A DNA stretch of 60,699 nt, the filler included, from Sphacelaria rigidula (lineage: Eukaryota), in NCBI GenBank assembly GCA_964200075.2. It is 6 parts of 6 records of this genome, joined end to end, with 100 filler letters (N's around TTAATTAATTAA, not from the genome) between each part and the next. Parts side by side here need not be neighbours in the genome. Positions count along the whole stretch, not along the records: positions 30,402 to 40,434 come from CAXNAA020007286.1; positions 40,535 to 50,567 come from CAXNAA020007287.1; 4 more parts are not named here. The stretch is one strand, 5' to 3'. The translations under genes were made by a program, and so were the position numbers. Position 1 is the stretch's first letter. The number at the start of each line of letters is the position of its first letter. A model generated the notes under the pieces. The model worked only from the letters and a program-made list of their open reading frames with translations. It was not told where the DNA came from and searched no databases. Below, in pieces: positions 36,932-50,428 of the stretch.

Positions 36932-38495
36932 CTAGAGCGGAACAAGAAGGCTCCATAGCCGAGCTTAAGAACATAGTGACGAATTCGTCAAGTAAGTGTA
37001 GCATTCATATCGTAAGCCCTCGAGTAGCTGTGGTGGAGAGTACAACAACCCAGGACAGTGCGAAACACATGTGTATTGAAGATCGTTTCACCTCCAGTTT
37101 TTGCAATTTTTGAGGGTCTGATGCTAACCTGCTCAGACCCGATTGATGATGATACGTGGTGCCATCTCCCGCCGCTGTTGGTACAAAAATGTCAAACTTT
37201 GGGGGGAGAATCGTGTGATCGTGTTTAATTTCTACCGAATAGGCACATCAATGTGTTCTAGTGTCTCTTCTTCTGCATGTTTATTCGCGTCGTACTATGA
37301 TGTAAAGTTTATTTGGTCTTGGAAGTGCGGGTCTGAGAAGGTGAGCCACTACTCTCTTGGAGAAACACAGCATGACATGGATTTTTTAACGCCATGCCTG
37401 CTACTGTTCTGGGCTATAGCAAGCTAACGGAGGTGAACGAGGTCCAGATCAAGTCCTGATAGCAAGCAACCAGATAGTTCAATTTTGTTGGATACTTGTA
37501 TCCACCAAGGTATCCACGACAACTTCGGGGCAGAATCCGTACAGGAATCATGGAAAACAACGAGAAGATTACTCATTCTGGTTTAATTAAGTATCTTGTA
37601 TTGATGACCCGATGGCATGGGTGCCTTGTTCGCTGCTCAACTGTGGTCTGAGCCGACTAAGATAGGAGACATCAGTTGAAATCAGGTCAGTAATTCTTAC
37701 TATATCATTTCAAATCTGGGGGTGGCGTCTTTCAGAAGTTCTTGTATGGTCTATCTTCGTGTGCACCGTACCATCATGTCATTCTAAGGATGCTGGATGG
37801 TCTAATATCTAATAGAGCGGTATATACACCAGGGCATGGTATACAGTACAGTAGAACACCTAGCTCACAAGCGCTTTTGATGTGTTGAGGATAGCGCACA
37901 GCACATACTACTTGGGCTGCTGAAGCCAATCCTGGATTCGCCTATCTCGGTAATATTGACGTGTAGTTGACACTGCTTCTTTCAGCTGCACCAGGTGTCG
38001 ACACTCTTCAACCACAAGAAAACTCTCAAAATTACTCCGCGTTCCCGCCGCCGACTCTTCTTTCATAACGCAACTCCCCCGTTGCTTGCAACAACACTTT
38101 CCTCGATAATGTTGTAACTGACTCTAGTACGGACCCCCTTGCGCCCGAGGTTTTTTTGTCCGGAATTCGATGGGGTTGGGCCGTGGTCTCATCGGGGAAG
38201 AAATAGTAGGATTTCGAAGAAATCTGAGATTTTTGTTGGCGGATGACGAATTATAGGATCAGGTCACGAGTGGCGGATGACGACATAACAGGATGGTAGG
38301 GGTCACTGTGAGAGGACAAAATGCACATCCACCCACCCTCGCTCAGTCATGTTCAGTTCCCAAGTCCAAAAAGCACCCCGCGCTCGCCAATAGTGAGCAA
38401 GGCAACGAACAGCCACAGGTGCAAGACAGTCAAGTACAGTACAAGTGGTGGTTCTCGGACGTGTTTGAATCAATTTGTCGTATCGAAAACTGTTC

Positions 38496-38558
38496 GATAA
38501 AACGATAACGATAACGATAACGATAACGACAAAGATACGATACGATACGATACGATAA
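38496..38558 (+). repeat. (CGATAA)n/(CGATA)n microsatellite
   Basis: Seen directly. Confidence 0.9.
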
Positions 38559-39488
38559 ATGATGTCTGTTTACCCGATTAATGGGCTATTATTCACCATA
38601 TGGGTCTATCATGAGACCACGGCTGGACCCCTGGGGGGTCAGTTAACCCTTAGACCGTGAGGTCAGTCTTCTGTTGAATCGGCATCAATTTCAACTGAAA
38701 AAAAGTATGCATGATCCAGAAAGACTAATCTCGCGGTCTAAGGGTTGAAGTGCGACAATTAATTAATCCATCAATCAATGGGTGGTGAGACGTATATGTT
38801 AGCCTCTTACCCATTCTGCTTCTCGTCTTGGTGTTTTCTGCTTCTAAATTCGGGTAAGCATATGCCCCAAAGAGGTATATGCGGCTCCTTGATCAGTAGC
38901 TACTTTGGGGTACTAAAAATTTATCATACCTCTGCTCGTCAATATATGCCAATTATGCCTCTTTTGTTTCCCCGTTCAACTTTTCGTTTCATGCATTTCA
39001 TTGAGCGCTGATTTTTATTTCTGATGTCTCCGGCTTCGCGTAGTGTATATTTTAAACCGTCTACTTCAAGTTCAACGTCAGGATGATGGGCACAATAATT
39101 GCATACTCGTATTTAATCCAATACAAAGGTGCCCGGGGTGCCTTCATGCCCTTTATTGACCTCTTGTCTTAACTTTCTGCTCAAAATGGAAATGGAAGTA
39201 CACGTGGTAAAATGTGCTCGTTATTCCTGTTATGACGCGGAATTTTACAAATTGCGGATGGATTTTTTCAAGGATCAGCCTTCGGAACGTTCACAAACGA
39301 GCATCGAAAAACTTCCGAGGGAGACTACAAGTGCATTCTCCGGCCGTGATGTGTGGCCTCGCTCACTTGAAAGAAATAGCAAATTGTAAAATCTCGTGTT
39401 TTTCCCGAATAATTTCGACCTTCGCTACCTCCTATTTTTCAGAACCCCATGTTAGCACGGGATCTTACAAATTGCGGATGGACATTTT

Positions 39489-40023
39489 CAAGGTTGTATT
39501 CTGGAAGGTACGGGTACGCCCTGTAGGTTATCAGAGTCCTTATAGAACTTATAAAACTGTCGGGTACCGGTATGAAAGTCTTACAGATATACAGGACTTG
39601 TCGGGTACGGTATGGGAGACTTACAGAAAACCGGTACCGGCAATCGGGTAGCTCTTTTAGGGCATAACCGCCCCTCGGGTTAGTGAAAAAAAAGTGTACA
39701 GAACTCACAGAACTGTCGGATAAGGGTATGGAAGGTTTACAGATCACAGGAACTGTCGGGCAGGGTATGGAGGTTGCACAAAAAACCGTACCCCCAACCG
39801 GGTATCTTATCAAGAGCATACCCGTACCCCCCGGTAACGGTACGGGAGGCTTACAGAAGTCACATAACAATCGGGTAAGGGTATGAAGATCTTACAGAGA
39901 TTACGGAACTGTCGGGTAACGGTATGGAAACCTTACAGAGTTTAGACAACTGTCGGGTACGGTAAATACCCGGCAAAATACCCCGGGTATACAGAAAACC
40001 GTACCCTACAGAACACGACCTTG
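39489..40023. mobile_element. MITE with TIRs and internal cgggta/ttacaga array
   Basis: CAAGGTTGTATTCTGGAAGGTACG versus rc of end CAAGGTCGTGTTCTGTAGGGTACG; no clear TSD. Confidence 0.7.
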
Positions 40024-40129
40024 GTAGTATCATCACCTCTGTGGTGAGACCTGCGTCACTATAACAGTGGCGAAATACAGATGACAGTTGACGAAAATTC
40101 TGAATGGCTTCACGGGGTTTGTTTAGAAA

Positions 40130-40434
40130 GGCTACACGAAGAATCGCAGTAGTACATGTGCACTGGATCGTCAACATCTATCGGTTTCACGTACACTCCC
40201 AGAGAGTACATGGAGGAGCATTTACGGCTGCCCGTTCTCTGGAAGCCCTTCAGCATGCGACAAAGTCGCCGACGGCCTTGACTTTCGGTGGCAGCTCATA
40301 GTCTGTGCTGTACATGTCGATAACGGCCTGGGGTTTGGTGACCACGGCACAACCACCATCAACGTCGATGACTTGCGTCTTGCTACTTGATCCCCTGGTG
40401 GCGCAGATGAACCGCCCCCGCTCGAGCCACCACT
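40130..40434 (-). pseudogene. Possible hAT transposase N-terminal (BED-finger region) fragment
   Basis: Frameshifted reading ...KCSSMYSLGVYVKPIDVDDPVHMYYC resembles, from recall, the entry to the BED finger of brown-algal hAT proteins. Confidence 0.35.
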
Positions 40435-40534
40435 NNNNNNNNNNNNNNNNNNNNNNNNNNNNNNNNNNNNNNNNNNNNTTAATTAATTAANNNNNNNNNN
40501 NNNNNNNNNNNNNNNNNNNNNNNNNNNNNNNNNN
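40435..40534. other. Artificial contig-joining spacer
   Basis: Same structure. Confidence 0.98.
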
Positions 40535-41170
40535 GTGTCCAAGACGTGTGTTGGCGATTTTCTCTGTTTGAGGGTCAAAAAGTGGCTCAAACGCCGCAAA
40601 AGTGAACAATCCGTGGGCCAAAACTCTGTGTGCCATAACATCCGGCCTTAGACTATGAAAAATTGCCCAAATATCATATGGGCCATTGCACGACTTTCGA
40701 AGAACGTGATCTTCTCTGAATTCTCACCTTGTTCAACGTATTTGGGGGGTCCCAGTGTTCTCGGGGAAACTTCGACACCGTCGGACCCCCCGAGAGCAGT
40801 CGAAACGTAAAAAAACAAACTCATCGAACGTTTTGTAATGACACATAGTACGTGTGCGCAATGTTTCAGAGTCTGATAGAAACAGATCGGCGTCGACTTT
40901 TGAACTGCTGTACGATGAAGTGAGGTTGAAAGGTTGCAAACTCATAACTACTTGGTTATAGTATGAAAAGTTATTTTGGGGTATCGCTGACGTTAAGGCG
41001 ACAGAAACTGTACGGGGTTTTCGATTTTTCAACCACACTTTGCACGTATGTACCTTGGACTACTCAGGGACACATCATTAAAAAAAATCGTTTCAAGGTA
41101 TTATTTACCGCCTTCCGGGGTTTTTCCCACTTGGACCCCCGGGAGCCGGTGAGAGGGGAGAAACTTTGAC
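40535..41170. repeat. Repeat family E copies
   Basis: aactacttggt..agtatgaaaa...ctttgcacgtatgtaccttggactac is the reverse complement of the motif at 25860-25980. Confidence 0.7.
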
Positions 41171-43019
41171 TAACTTTCAACGGTACATTTTCCCATTTGG
41201 AGCAACAACACCTACTGAACTGCCAAGTTTGAGGAGGATCAGAGGTTTTCCACGACAGATATAAAGGAAACCGTCGGGAGGTTCCTGGGTGTGACAGGTC
41301 TTCCGTTTGTATCATCAGCATAAATAACACAACTCTGAAAACCCACATCACCAAACCACCACGGTTTGGGGTATATAATAATTCGATCCCGTCGCAACAG
41401 TTTTTGAATACAGTTCTGGGCGCCTGGACTGTTAATATTGATAATTTCTTCGATATTTGGCGATTTTGTTGGGTTTTTTAGCTTGCCACCGCTCATCACA
41501 TTAAGGATCTGAAGATACTTGTATCCGCTCCTATTCCAAGAAAAAAATCATCTGTACTCAATATTGAGCGACTAACGGACTGACCGATCATCGGGGGTCC
41601 TGCCACGTTCCAGCCCAGATTCTGACTCTTCGGTATTTTCGGTCAATCGAGCTCGTCCCAATCATCGTGTTCGTGAAAAACCGTACGTGATTGTTTTTTG
41701 TAATTTTACCTACTCATTGCACTAGAGCCGAATAACTATGTTTGACGATCAATGACACCCTCCTGATAAACGGGGTATCTACTTGTATCGCCCGATAATT
41801 CCAAGAAACACTAACTTGGGACTAATGCCGAGATAGCCCCCCCACAAGAAGTGCACCGGAGACCGTCCGACAAACCGGCTGCGATCCCACTCTTGGGCTC
41901 GTTTGCAGCAATTTCGCCCACATGATAGGCGTGTAGCAGTCCGAAATCAGCGATAACACCTGAATGAGCCCCGTCGTGCAGCACGAAACCAGCTCTAAAG
42001 GCAATTATGATCATCACCTCCGTGCAGGTTTTTGGCCGGTTCGGGGGGGGGCTATCGCGGCAGCAGTCTTGGGCACTGGGGGGGAAGACGATTTGTTTTT
42101 TTTACCAAAATTTCCGACGCTAGAAATTCCGAGTTCTATCGAAGAGTAGTGGCGAGAAAAAACCCTTCTGAACAATACATAGTTCAGGCGCCAAAAACCA
42201 TAATATCTCGTTTCCCGTTAGATTCCCGAGCCTATGGCGGTCACTACGATTCAAGTCCTGTGGAGATTGGGTAAATGCTGGACTTGGAATTAATTAGTAT
42301 TTCGATTTCGGAACAATTTGATTGGCACTGATTGGTCGAGGTGCCTTTTCGCCCTTATGGCCACCACTATGGCCTTAAACACAAATCCGGCTATGTCACC
42401 CTCTTCAGCTGTCCATGGTGGTCAGTACGATATCATGTATGCGACTACTACGCAGATATTGTGGAAGGTCTTCATTTCCTGGTGACAAAAGTTTGGGTAA
42501 TGAGCGCGAACAAACCAAACAACGTTTTCGTGAGATTGAGAGCAGAGCGCGGATTGACAGTGGCTTGGATTATTCGCTTCAACTTAGCCATTTTTTCATT
42601 CCGCGTGTGCCTTTTGTTGTCTCTATCATTGCCGTGTGCTTATAGCTACACGTCGATACCCTACTCGGGGATATCAAGGGCGTCAGTGGCGAGCTACTAC
42701 AGAAATAATATCGGGCCTCGCGGAGGGGCATTTCGGAACTGAAACGGCTTATTCACTATAACTGTGGTATGACTATACCTGAGGTACAATACGTACGTGT
42801 ACCCCAACCCGTCGCCGAAATTTAGTCACTAACTGCACTCGTTCTTGGCGGATCCTGACCTTCCCCTGACTCCAACCATCCAAGGCATGCCGGGAACCCC
42901 CGGGCAAGCGGAGTGAAAAGGGTGCTCTAGAGCAAAGCGTGTAAGTGTGTGAAGCAAAGGGTGTGTTGGCAGAGCTGGAAGGAGCCTGCTATACGCGTGC
43001 TGCGCAAGTTTGTTGGCGA

Positions 43020-43270
43020 GCGCCCGGGACTATCAGTCCGCCCCGAAAGATTCAACCGGGACGATGGTCCAGACTAGGGGCGTGTCTTCGCACATCAGTT
43101 TTCGATCGAAAAAGTGCGGTGGGAAACTGATGTGCTAAGACACGCCCTAACGTAACGAACCCAAGTAAGCACAGACAGTATAGTACAGTTGGTTGATGAT
43201 GCGAATAACTGGTGAAAAGAAATTCATGGTTGACACTCGCGGATCTTCAGGGGCTGATAGTCCCAGGTGG
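43020..43270. mobile_element. Small MITE with a nested ~77-bp hairpin element (43074-43150)
   Basis: Outer arms gggactatcag/ctgatagtccc; inner arms gggcgtgtcttcgcacatcagttt/aaactgatgtgctaagacacgccc. Confidence 0.65.
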
Positions 43271-44726
43271 GGGGCTATTGACAAATGAATGAAACTGTGG
43301 CTGGTATTGAAAATATGGTGCCGTCAACCCTAATGCTAACCCTAACCCCTACCCCAACCAAGCATAAAAAGCATAAAAGAAGTCTCGGGCACGCAAGATT
43401 CAGGGGATAGGCGAAGTGCGCGAATCCCACCTTTAACTCGCGTCACAGTTTGAGGCGGGGATTCCAACACTGGGCGATACGTCGACAGTTTTTGCCACAA
43501 CATGTATCGGAAAACAGGCTGAAGTGGGCAGCTTTTTGTTCCCCGTCTGCACAACACCACGCGGCAACCCGCCGCCATCTCTGTAGAAAATACCGCATGG
43601 CACACAGCAACCGGGCCCCCAGGTATCACCAGCCATCAACACGCCAACGCATCGTCAGACTGCTGGGAAACAGGTCACATGAAGTACTGTGTTGCCCTCG
43701 TCGTTTTCATCGCCACGCCTTCATAGATGACGAATTCGGTGAAGGTGAGGTATCGATGGGTTCCCCGTGCTCCAAGAAATGTCTACACCTGAACTCGTCA
43801 TCATCCGCTGCATACATCGATCGGGGTTTCATAGAAGACTTTAGTACGGGCCCTATCTCCCTAGAGTAAGAGGAAATACTAGACATGGCGTTCAATCAAC
43901 GAGGAGAAGAAACTGGCAAAAAGCAACGATATCTCACGAAGACGTTCTCGACTCACGGAGAACAATACATCTCAAAAGCGCCAAATGCAATTCCTTTATT
44001 TCGCTCATGCGATGCCCCATAACAATTTCACAGCACAGCTCTCAACTGAGACGCGAATTCCAGATATGGTGTATGTAGTGCCCCTCGTCGCGATATACTG
44101 CCTCCAGTAAGAATGTTACGCGCACAATACATCTATACAGACAACGAAAAAGGTGAATTTGAGGGGTATCGACCGTTCACCCGTGCCCCAAGGAATGTTC
44201 ACACCAAAAATCAGTGTCATCTGCTGTACAAGTATATATCATTCGGGATATCGTATAGACTTGATTACGGAGATACCTCTGTACGTCACTGGATTTACTC
44301 GGCATGGTGTTTCATCAGCGAGAAGTATTCGGCCGGGCTTTCGAGAAAATGGGCATCTGCTCATTGATAAGGCCATTGACAAGATATGCGGATCATGGCT
44401 CCACTCGTTTGCGTCAATGGGTTAGGCCCTAACCCTAACCCCAACATATGGCTGTCACAGCTTGAGTCCGTTCTTAAGCTGGTCAGGTCCGTAGACATAC
44501 ATGCGAAAATACCGAGACGCAACGAAGCCATGAGTTCGATACTTGTAAGGAGGCGGTGAGGGGAGAGACAGATATCCCTAGAGCACGAGAAAAACAGGTA
44601 TTTGCGGGCTACCATATCTACACGCAAGACGCTTGAAAACGAGGGCGGAAATCCAACAACAAATGCGCCTTGAGCACGCCAACACAAAACGCACTCATCT
44701 GCCGTGACACATCAAAGCGTCTTCAC

Positions 44727-44870
44727 CTGGATGGCAGGGAAAATGTGCAGGCTGAAAGGATTGTAGTCGCCGGGAGGGAGGGAAGTCACCGTGGCTAGCA
44801 GGGCTCGTTCAGACAGCACAGCAGTCGCGCGCACAACCGGCTCAGGGTCCTCCCGCATCGCCATCGTGAA
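44727..44870 (-). CDS. VPS15: VPS15/PIK3R4-like HEAT-repeat exon (possibly pseudogene)
   Basis: FTMAMREDPEPVVRATAVLSERALLATVTSLPPGDYNPFSLHIFPAIQ matches the VPS15 D...VRA.A....L..V...P..D.N....YI.P segment; AG|...CAG|GTGAAG, 144 nt. Confidence 0.75.
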
Positions 44871-45074
44871 CTAGATTGAGAGGGTGGGACCATCCGATGT
44901 ATGGGTATAGTTCGCAAGGGGAGAGCGAAGGTGGTGGGAAAAGGCGTCAAAAACGCGGTTTGTGGGTGAGTGACAACATCTACTTGGACAAGGATGAGGG
45001 CATCGGCAATCTCAGTCTATCTACAAGGCCCGATAGGCTGATCAAAAAGCGGCGGGAACACGAGTAGGTAAAGA

Positions 45075-45151
45075 GGGGGGGTGGGGGGGGGCATACTTGT
45101 TGCTTGCCCTAGTCGTTTGACCTTTGACCACACATCCCTTTCGAGACGGAG
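45075..45151 (-). mobile_element. C-tailed LINE 3' stub
   Basis: G tract followed by ttgttgcttgccctagtcgtttgacctttgaccacacatccctttcgagacggag. Confidence 0.75.
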
Positions 45152-45819
45152 AAAAGAAAAAATGTGACGAAAAACAATAGAACGCCAGAAACGGATGCAG
45201 TCCTTTTGAAAACGAATCTGATGCTGTGTAACAATGTTTAAATGGGGATACATAGGAGCTGGTTCACGCTCATCACCCAAAATTGTATCATCAGCAAATG
45301 CCTTTCACAATACCTACCCAAAAGTCGCATACATGATATCATACTGACCACCATGAACAGCTAAAGAGCGTGACATAGCCGGATTTGTGTTTGGGCCCAC
45401 ACTGGTAGCGCCAAGGGCGAAAAGGTACTTCGACCAATCAGCGCCCTTCAAATTGTTCTGAATGTGAAAACACGAATTTCAAGCCCAATATTCACCGAAT
45501 CTCCACATGCTTCAAATCGTAGTGACCGCCATCAGCTCGAGAATCTAATAGGGGATACAGATTTGATAACGGTTACAGCGGGGTCGAGTTATACACGAAA
45601 CCGTGATTTTTCGGTGAGGTGGAGTCTCGGTGTCCCTCTAATGTCCACTATTCTAATGATACGCACGAAAGACTCAGGAAGCCTCGTGACGTTTTCTCTT
45701 CTATCTGGAGCAGAAGAGCTCAAATCACTCTCGAACTTGGAAGTTCCGTAGGTATTGATGCTGCAAATGAAGAAATATACATCTTGACAAGATTTCAAAG
45801 GTTCTCCGTTCTCTACCGG

Positions 45820-46745
45820 CTTCCGGGTCCCAGTGTGAAGACCCCCGGAAGGCGTTACAGAATGCCTCAAAAGAAAAGAGGATAATACGGTGCGTCTCGG
45901 GATAGTCCAAGGAACACATGTACAAAGTTTGGTCGAGAAACTCGAAAATGTCATATAATTTTTCTTGCCTTGACGTGAAATTCACCAAAGGGGATGTTTT
46001 CATACTAAAACCAAGTAGTTAGGAGTTGCACGTTTGAAGCTTCCGTTCTCGCACAAACGCGCAAACCTTCACGCAGTTATTAGGAGTTAGATGCTGAAAC
46101 TGTGCATAAATGTGCTATGGATCATTACGCAACTTTTGATACACGAGTGTTTTTACCGTTCGACTTTTTACCGTTTTTCAGGGGTCCGACGGGATCCAAG
46201 TCGCTTTTTCGAAGTAGTATCTATTCTAGGACCCCGGAAAACCGGCACCGCGATTTTTTTTCGTTTTTTCGGGAACGATTTGTCGCCGCATAACCCAAGG
46301 AAGGGCTTCACAAAATTTCGTGGCAAAATTCGTTCAACTGATGCTTGAATTTTCACGTTCACACTAAAGAAGGCCCAAAAACGCCACTTTCGTAGTAAAA
46401 TCAAGTAGTTCGCGGTTTCACTGTGGCACGGCACAGTTCACCGCACAAACGCGAAAAACCTCACGCCGTTTCAAGGAATTAGACCCTAAATTTTTGCACA
46501 ACTGTGCCATGGGTCACTATGCAACTCTGGATGAACGAGGTTTTACATTGTTTTTTTACCTTTTTACGAGGGTCCGACTGGATCGAAGTTTCCCCCAAAA
46601 AACTGGGACCCCCGAAAAACGGTAGAAAAGTAAATAAGTAGAACAAAAAAGTCAATCTTCCAGAGTTGCGTATTGACCAATAGAACATAGAACATGTGTG
46701 CAAAGTTTTAGAGTTTAAATAATGAAAACGGCATGAGGTTTTACC
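45820..46745. repeat. Repeat family E, internally repeated copy
   Basis: Recurring taaaa(c/t)caagtagtt...gcacaaacgcg..aacct..acgc units. Confidence 0.7.
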
Positions 46746-47984
46746 GATGAGTGTTTTTTGGGTGATAGGCACGAACCAGCTCGTACAAGAGGAGGTCAAG
46801 AAAAACACGATGAAAAACATCTGGCTTGTTTGCGGGATGAAACCCTCCAGCCCACTACGAAACCAGCACGCCTGGTCAGATCCTTTCACGCCGTACACCG
46901 GTTGCATTTCACTTTGGACCTGCCATGCGTACGGACCGCTACGGGGGGGCGTGAAGATATGCAACACCGGCAAGCACACACCACCATACGTGCTATGACA
47001 TTCTGTCCCAAAGGCATATGGGGGCTGTGAGCGTTTGACCAGGGGTTGGTTGTACACGCAGTAGGGAGGATCAGGCACAAGCACGGCTTCGGGAACAAAT
47101 TTGATGAATCGAAGGAGGCGCCTAAAATTTACTGCGTGGTATCTGCAAATGACGGCAAGGTCAACATGGTGCAAAACACCAAGCTTGACTTTTATTATGA
47201 CAAGACCGTGTAATTCCGACTCCCCATCGCCAGCACTTCCAAAGTTTGCTTCTTATCAACATAATCTCACGCGTGCTCTTCTCAACTGGCGCAAACAACG
47301 CCGACAAAAAGCCATGTAGAACAAAAAACGAAGATAGACGTCAACGTCGTGGCGGCGGGAAGAGATGCGCATCAAAAGTAGGTTGCACTGCAGCTCAATA
47401 GAAAGAGACACGGATGAGGATGTTAGAGAGTTTCGTAAAAAAAAAAGACAGAACTCACAGGGATAAGAGCGAGAAACGACTGATTGTTTATGCTCAAACC
47501 CCAGGTTCGTTTTGATTTTTTTTCACCACGTAAGTGTCGACCGTCGCCAACTTTTCAGGGTTTTGTATTTTCTCTTCCGAGTGCCACGTGGTCGGTGTCA
47601 TGAGTTGAAGAGGTACAAGTCCCGCTGTGCTTTTTTGCACTTGCTTGTACTCTGCGCCCACCTATGCGGTGTTACCCGTACAGTGGAGAGCATGTACAGA
47701 GCCGTGCTACGATAGGTTAGGTGTTTGATTCCAGGGAAAAAAGACTCGTAGATGTTTCGGACAATCTGACACACTCGCCGTGCGCTTGTATTTGGGTAAA
47801 ACGGCATCAAGCAGGATGGATCAGCGTTATCTATCGGTATCACGCCCGTTCTGAAGCTCGTTGCTCCTAAAATCGATTCGAAGTTGAATTTATAGTGGAA
47901 GCAACGGCCCAAAATACCCCCCATCCTATCCTTTCATGACTTTCGTTGTTTATGCTGTCCCCGTACCGTTGAATACGCGACAAT

Positions 47985-48190
47985 AGTATATTCGACTTTA
48001 CGGTCGACGAGGGAAAGGGACTGCTGAGCCCCTCTCGCAATAAAGTATAAAGGCAAGCACCGCAGAAGAAAGGTGGAGTACTGAAAACAAATAAAGAAAT
48101 AAAAAACTCCTGTTCTGGTCCTCCTCCTGTGTGACCCCGCGAGGTGTAGACCAGCGTCCAGAACGGAGGGGATGGCAACGCACACACACA
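47985..48190 (+). mobile_element. Retroelement 3' end, family D, with (CA)n tail
   Basis: tgtgacccc...tgtagac..gcgt.cagaa....gggatggcaacgcacacacaca; related copy at 50765-50865. Confidence 0.55.
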
Positions 48191-48544
48191 GTATCGTCAA
48201 CACAGCCTCCAGATACGAACCCGGCACAGTCCACAGCGTTGGGCACACAGCCAGTGCAGCTCGGCGCCCGCTAGTCATTCACAAGTCCTGCACATATCGG
48301 TGTGTCGTACAGCACTTTTGAGTTCAAACAGTTGAGAGTTGTACTGTACTGTACTGTAGTACTGTTGTTGCACTGTACTGTTGTCTGTAGACAGGATTGT
48401 ATACTTTCTGTAGTAAGCGTTCTGTACTGTACTACGGTCTGTAGCAATAGTGTGCACATGCTCGTGTGTGTGCGTTTGCATACTTTGAGAAAGTCCAGTA
48501 GTTCTCGATAAAGGTGGTTCACTATACGCAGTAACCCCAGCTGC

Positions 48545-48814
48545 GTGGAGGCGAACGGGGGAACAGAAACACCTGTCGACCTGGCTGAAGATGATGCGGA
48601 CGGGCTGAAGTGGGCCACTCATGCAGCCGCTGCGAGGATCTTGACAAAATGGCCACACAACGGTGGTGTACCTGCGCGAGCTAACGCAAGCTTCACGGTA
48701 GGTGGCCATTTTGTCAATTCCTCGTAGCAGCTGTGCTTGAGCGGCCGACTTCCGCCCTTCCGCATCATCATAAGCCAGGTCGACTGGTGTCTTGGCTCCC
48801 CCGTTCGCCTTCAA
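48545..48814. mobile_element. ~270-bp foldback palindrome
   Basis: aggcgaacggggga...gtcgacctggct..gatgatgcgga...ttgacaaaatggccac is mirrored on the opposite strand. Confidence 0.85.
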
Positions 48815-49424
48815 GTGTTCCTCGTAGTCTTTGGTTACCCTCGTGAACGAGCTGCCATCACCAGCTGTCGCGGGCGTTCACGGCATCCGCCATCGCCTCA
48901 CTTACGATATTTCTCCTACGACTGTGTTCTGTAAACTGGATCGTCATGGGGCAGGGTGTCTAGTTCCGTTTCATAACCCTGAGTGTGGCACCAACGCTTT
49001 TGGGTGTTCAGCAACTCAGGGTTTATTTGAAAATTTGAACTGAGTTGCTGCGCATGTCTCTTTTCAGGGTTCAGTTTTCGGGGTTTACCTAGGGTAATTC
49101 GTCATATCCTGGCCTTAAATCCCAACTTCTAAACCCTGACCCTGAGTTTTTCCGGCTGGTTTTGTGTTTCCGAAACTCTCTATTACGTTCGTTCCGTGAC
49201 TGTGAGTTTCGGTTCCGAATGCCCTCGCAGTAAATATGCCCAATCACTTCCCAGCTTCAGGTCCAACTCCGACCTATTATTACCACTCTTGTGCTCTTTC
49301 AAGCTTACCATGATCCACAGGCATTCCCCATGCGCGTCCAAACTCCAATACACGCCAACTTTAGATTCCTACTAGTGGGAGCGTTCGCTTTGACTTCGCC
49401 CCGACACAGGTCCAAATCTCTCAC

Positions 49425-49773
49425 CGGCACCAAACGCTTGCGCCTAGCCTCGTCGTTGCAACATCTCCCGCACGCCACCAGCATATTCAACGCCAGCAGA
49501 CGGCTGCGCGGGTACCCCAGATTCCTCAGGCAGGAACACACCACCCGCACCAGCATGATCAGGCCTCCTTCTGCACCCGGCCCCGGGGTTCCACTACTCC
49601 GTCTCGCCCTCCCGGCAACTCCGCCCTCGTGGCCGCCGCCGCCACCGTCACCGCGCCCTGAACCTTTTCCAATAATTTCCTCCTTGGCAATGCGCATGGT
49701 GATGGTGCTGTATGGGACTGGTCCGATGAGGGAAGAGAAGGGTCTGCCTGCTTTCACATGCGCGATGAGTGAC
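49425..49773 (-). CDS. VPS15: VPS15/PIK3R4-like exon at the start of the HEAT region (possibly pseudogene)
   Basis: GLIMLVRVVCSCLRNLGYPRSRLLALNML...NDEARRKRLVP matches VPS15 GL.ILV....SCL..L....S.L.AL.......E..L.R..P; cgtaccAG| ... CCG|GTGAGA, phase 0 into 44870. Confidence 0.78.
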
Positions 49774-50428
49774 CTGGTACGGGCAGACAAAGCGTATGAA
49801 GAGTCATGCAGGTAAGACATACGACTGGTGGACAACTCTAGGAGGGCCTGGCCACTACAAATACTTCCAGGCTCACTTTCAAATGTGCTACCCCGCGTAC
49901 CTTGTTGAATGTGAAGCTGAAGGGTGTTGTTGTCGTCTGTCGTCTTCGGTCTTTTTTGTTTTCAAGAGAATGTGGCGACTTTACGGGACACTCCCAAGAT
50001 ACGTTGCTCGAGTGGACTTGTCGTGGAGTGGGGAACGTTGGAACCAAGAGGCCATTTAGCGAGCAGTCGTGAGAGAATGGATATAACATACTGGAACACG
50101 TTCCATCGTTCCTTGTTTTATTTTCACCTCAGGCCTATCACTCAGAACCGCTGATGGCAGATAATATTAAAAAAAGGGAGCCATCGACGCTCGGTTGCTG
50201 CACAATGACTCCACTGCACACCGGACAAAGAATGACGCATGCAATAGCATACCCCGGAAATGGAATGCGTTACCATATATTCGTAACAAGATCGGAAGGC
50301 AAAAACAGGCCAACAGCGCCCACTGCATCAATGAACACCCTGGTGGACGCAACAGTCGCCAAAACCAAAAAAACACAGCCCATACCCCCTTCCCCCCCGA
50401 CTCCGCACACAGCAAGCATCATGCGTAC

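Noticed and set aside
38035-38223. Additional upstream exon of the contig 4 gene (ISSKSYYFFPDE...)
   Set aside because: Open frame and an acceptor exist, but I found no phase-compatible donor
41811-42017. VIADFGL as a kinase DFG exon
   Set aside because: No HRD or APE context and no convincing splice sites
43324-44442. CCCTAA telomere-like repeats at 43324-43355 and 44418-44442
   Set aside because: Only 2-4 degenerate units each; not evidence of a telomere or chromosome fusion
46479-47174. 231-aa minus-strand ORF in the VPS15 intron
   Set aside because: Runs through repeat family E and has no protein-like motif
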